The notes beneath the pieces were generated by a model. The model was not told where the DNA came from and did not search any database. It saw only the letters and a program-made list of their open reading frames with translations. A stretch of DNA of 62,965 nt, the filler included, from Globobulimina sp. (taxonomy: Eukaryota), in the NCBI GenBank assembly GCA_003354225.1. It is 41 parts of 41 records of this genome, joined end to end, with 100 filler letters (N's around TTAATTAATTAA, not from the genome) between each part and the next. Parts side by side here need not be neighbours in the genome. Positions count along the whole stretch, not along the records: positions 61,529 to 62,965 come from PIVH01016687.1; 40 more parts are not named here. The stretch is one strand, 5' to 3'. Both the position numbers and the translations under genes were made by a program. Below are positions 62,093-62,965 of the stretch, piece by piece (positions within the stretch are counted from its first letter, which is position 1; the number at the start of each line of letters is the position of its first letter).

Positions 62093-62404
62093 ATGTAGAA
62101 AAGAGATAAATATAAATATATTTAATGTTGAAAAGTTCAACAAAAAACGCGCGCGAACCTCAACATAAAGAAAACAAAAAATAATTAATTATTACACGTC
62201 GATTTGTAGAACCGGTCGATTAGTAGAAACCGTCGATTAGTAGATATGTGAGGATCGGTGTAGTTGTTGCAGTGTTGTATAAGTAGATGTAGAAAAGAGA
62301 TAAATATAAATATATTTAATGTTGAAAAGTTCAACAAAATATGGCGCGAACCTCTACATAAAGAAATCAAAAAATATTTAATTATTACCCGTCGATTAGT
62401 AGAT
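62093..62404. repeat. ~110-bp direct repeats with 17-bp subrepeats
   Basis: ATGTAGAAAAGAGATAAATATAAATATATTTAATGTTGAAAAGTTCAACAAAA at 62093 and 62287; GTCGATTWGTAGA four times. Confidence 0.88.
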
Positions 62405-62965
62405 ACCAATTAATTCCTCACTTTTACTCAACAAATAAATTAAAATGATTCGAAAGCAAGTCAAACCAAGAATTTTTATTTTTAACGCGACCGCAGGGTA
62501 TGGTCCGGCGGAATTTACGGTCAATGCACACCACAATGACCGTAAATTTGTGCAACGACCGTAAATTGTCCATGTGCGGGACCGTAAATGGGCTGAGTGA
62601 CAGCGTGGGCGCAGTGTTTGCGCGAAAAACTGGGGGCACACCCCGGACGCACCATTTTCCACTAACGGCAAAAGGTAATTTGTACCGCCGTACCGTCATA
62701 CCGTCGCTGCTATAAGCTCTCTTTCGCAACGGCTGCCGGTACAAACTACCTTTTGCTTCTGCACAAAATATATTTTTATTACTAAACATTGATTCAATAA
62801 TCAAATTAATTTAAATTTAATTTAAGCATTAATTTAAAAAACCAATGTCGAGTGCTTGGATTGTGAAGTATACTGAACTTCATAAAAAAAGAATTAAAGC
62901 GCTAACTCTCAAATTGACGATTTGTATAGAACCACAGACAAACCGCCGACGCATGTATAAGTAGA

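Noticed and set aside
1-62965. Alternative genetic code explaining broken ORFs
   Set aside because: Conserved genes are restored by GT-AG introns; TAA, TAG and TGA all end genes; breaks are frameshifts rather than in-frame stops

Overview
This is not one locus. It is 41 unrelated contigs of about 1,437-1,439 bp joined by 100-bp N spacers carrying a TTAATTAATTAA six-frame stop linker, so adjacency across spacers means nothing and most genes are partial. Most contigs come from an AT-rich, gene-dense eukaryote with about 60-90 nt GT-AG introns and the standard code. The family spectrum (SAM, TLDc, Kelch+PSxNP stalk, VFGYxR..IP motif proteins) suggests a foraminiferan, which is my inference. One contig is bacterial (HDOD + AI-2E transporter) and a few look metazoan (Harbinger element). 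Recognisable genes: KIN17, NEK2-like kinase, ABCB, SulP, NIPA, ZIP, MATE, sulfotransferase, DadA-like oxidoreductase, PLCXD, ENPP, importin-alpha-like. Most notable: (1) a DIRS-type reverse transcriptase with a SAM-like domain inserted in frame inside the palm, plus a decayed relative with gag on another contig; (2) a tRNA-Cys-like gene split by a ~150-nt self-pairing intron and enclosed by ~53-bp inverted repeats; (3) a LINE with an extra translationally coupled ORF between ORF1 and ORF2; (4) a Crypton-like tyrosine recombinase; (5) several genes broken by short deletions, including a pantothenate kinase relic missing from the ORF track; (6) bacterial-type enzymes carrying spliceosomal introns. 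All family calls come from motif recognition by eye; no searches were run.
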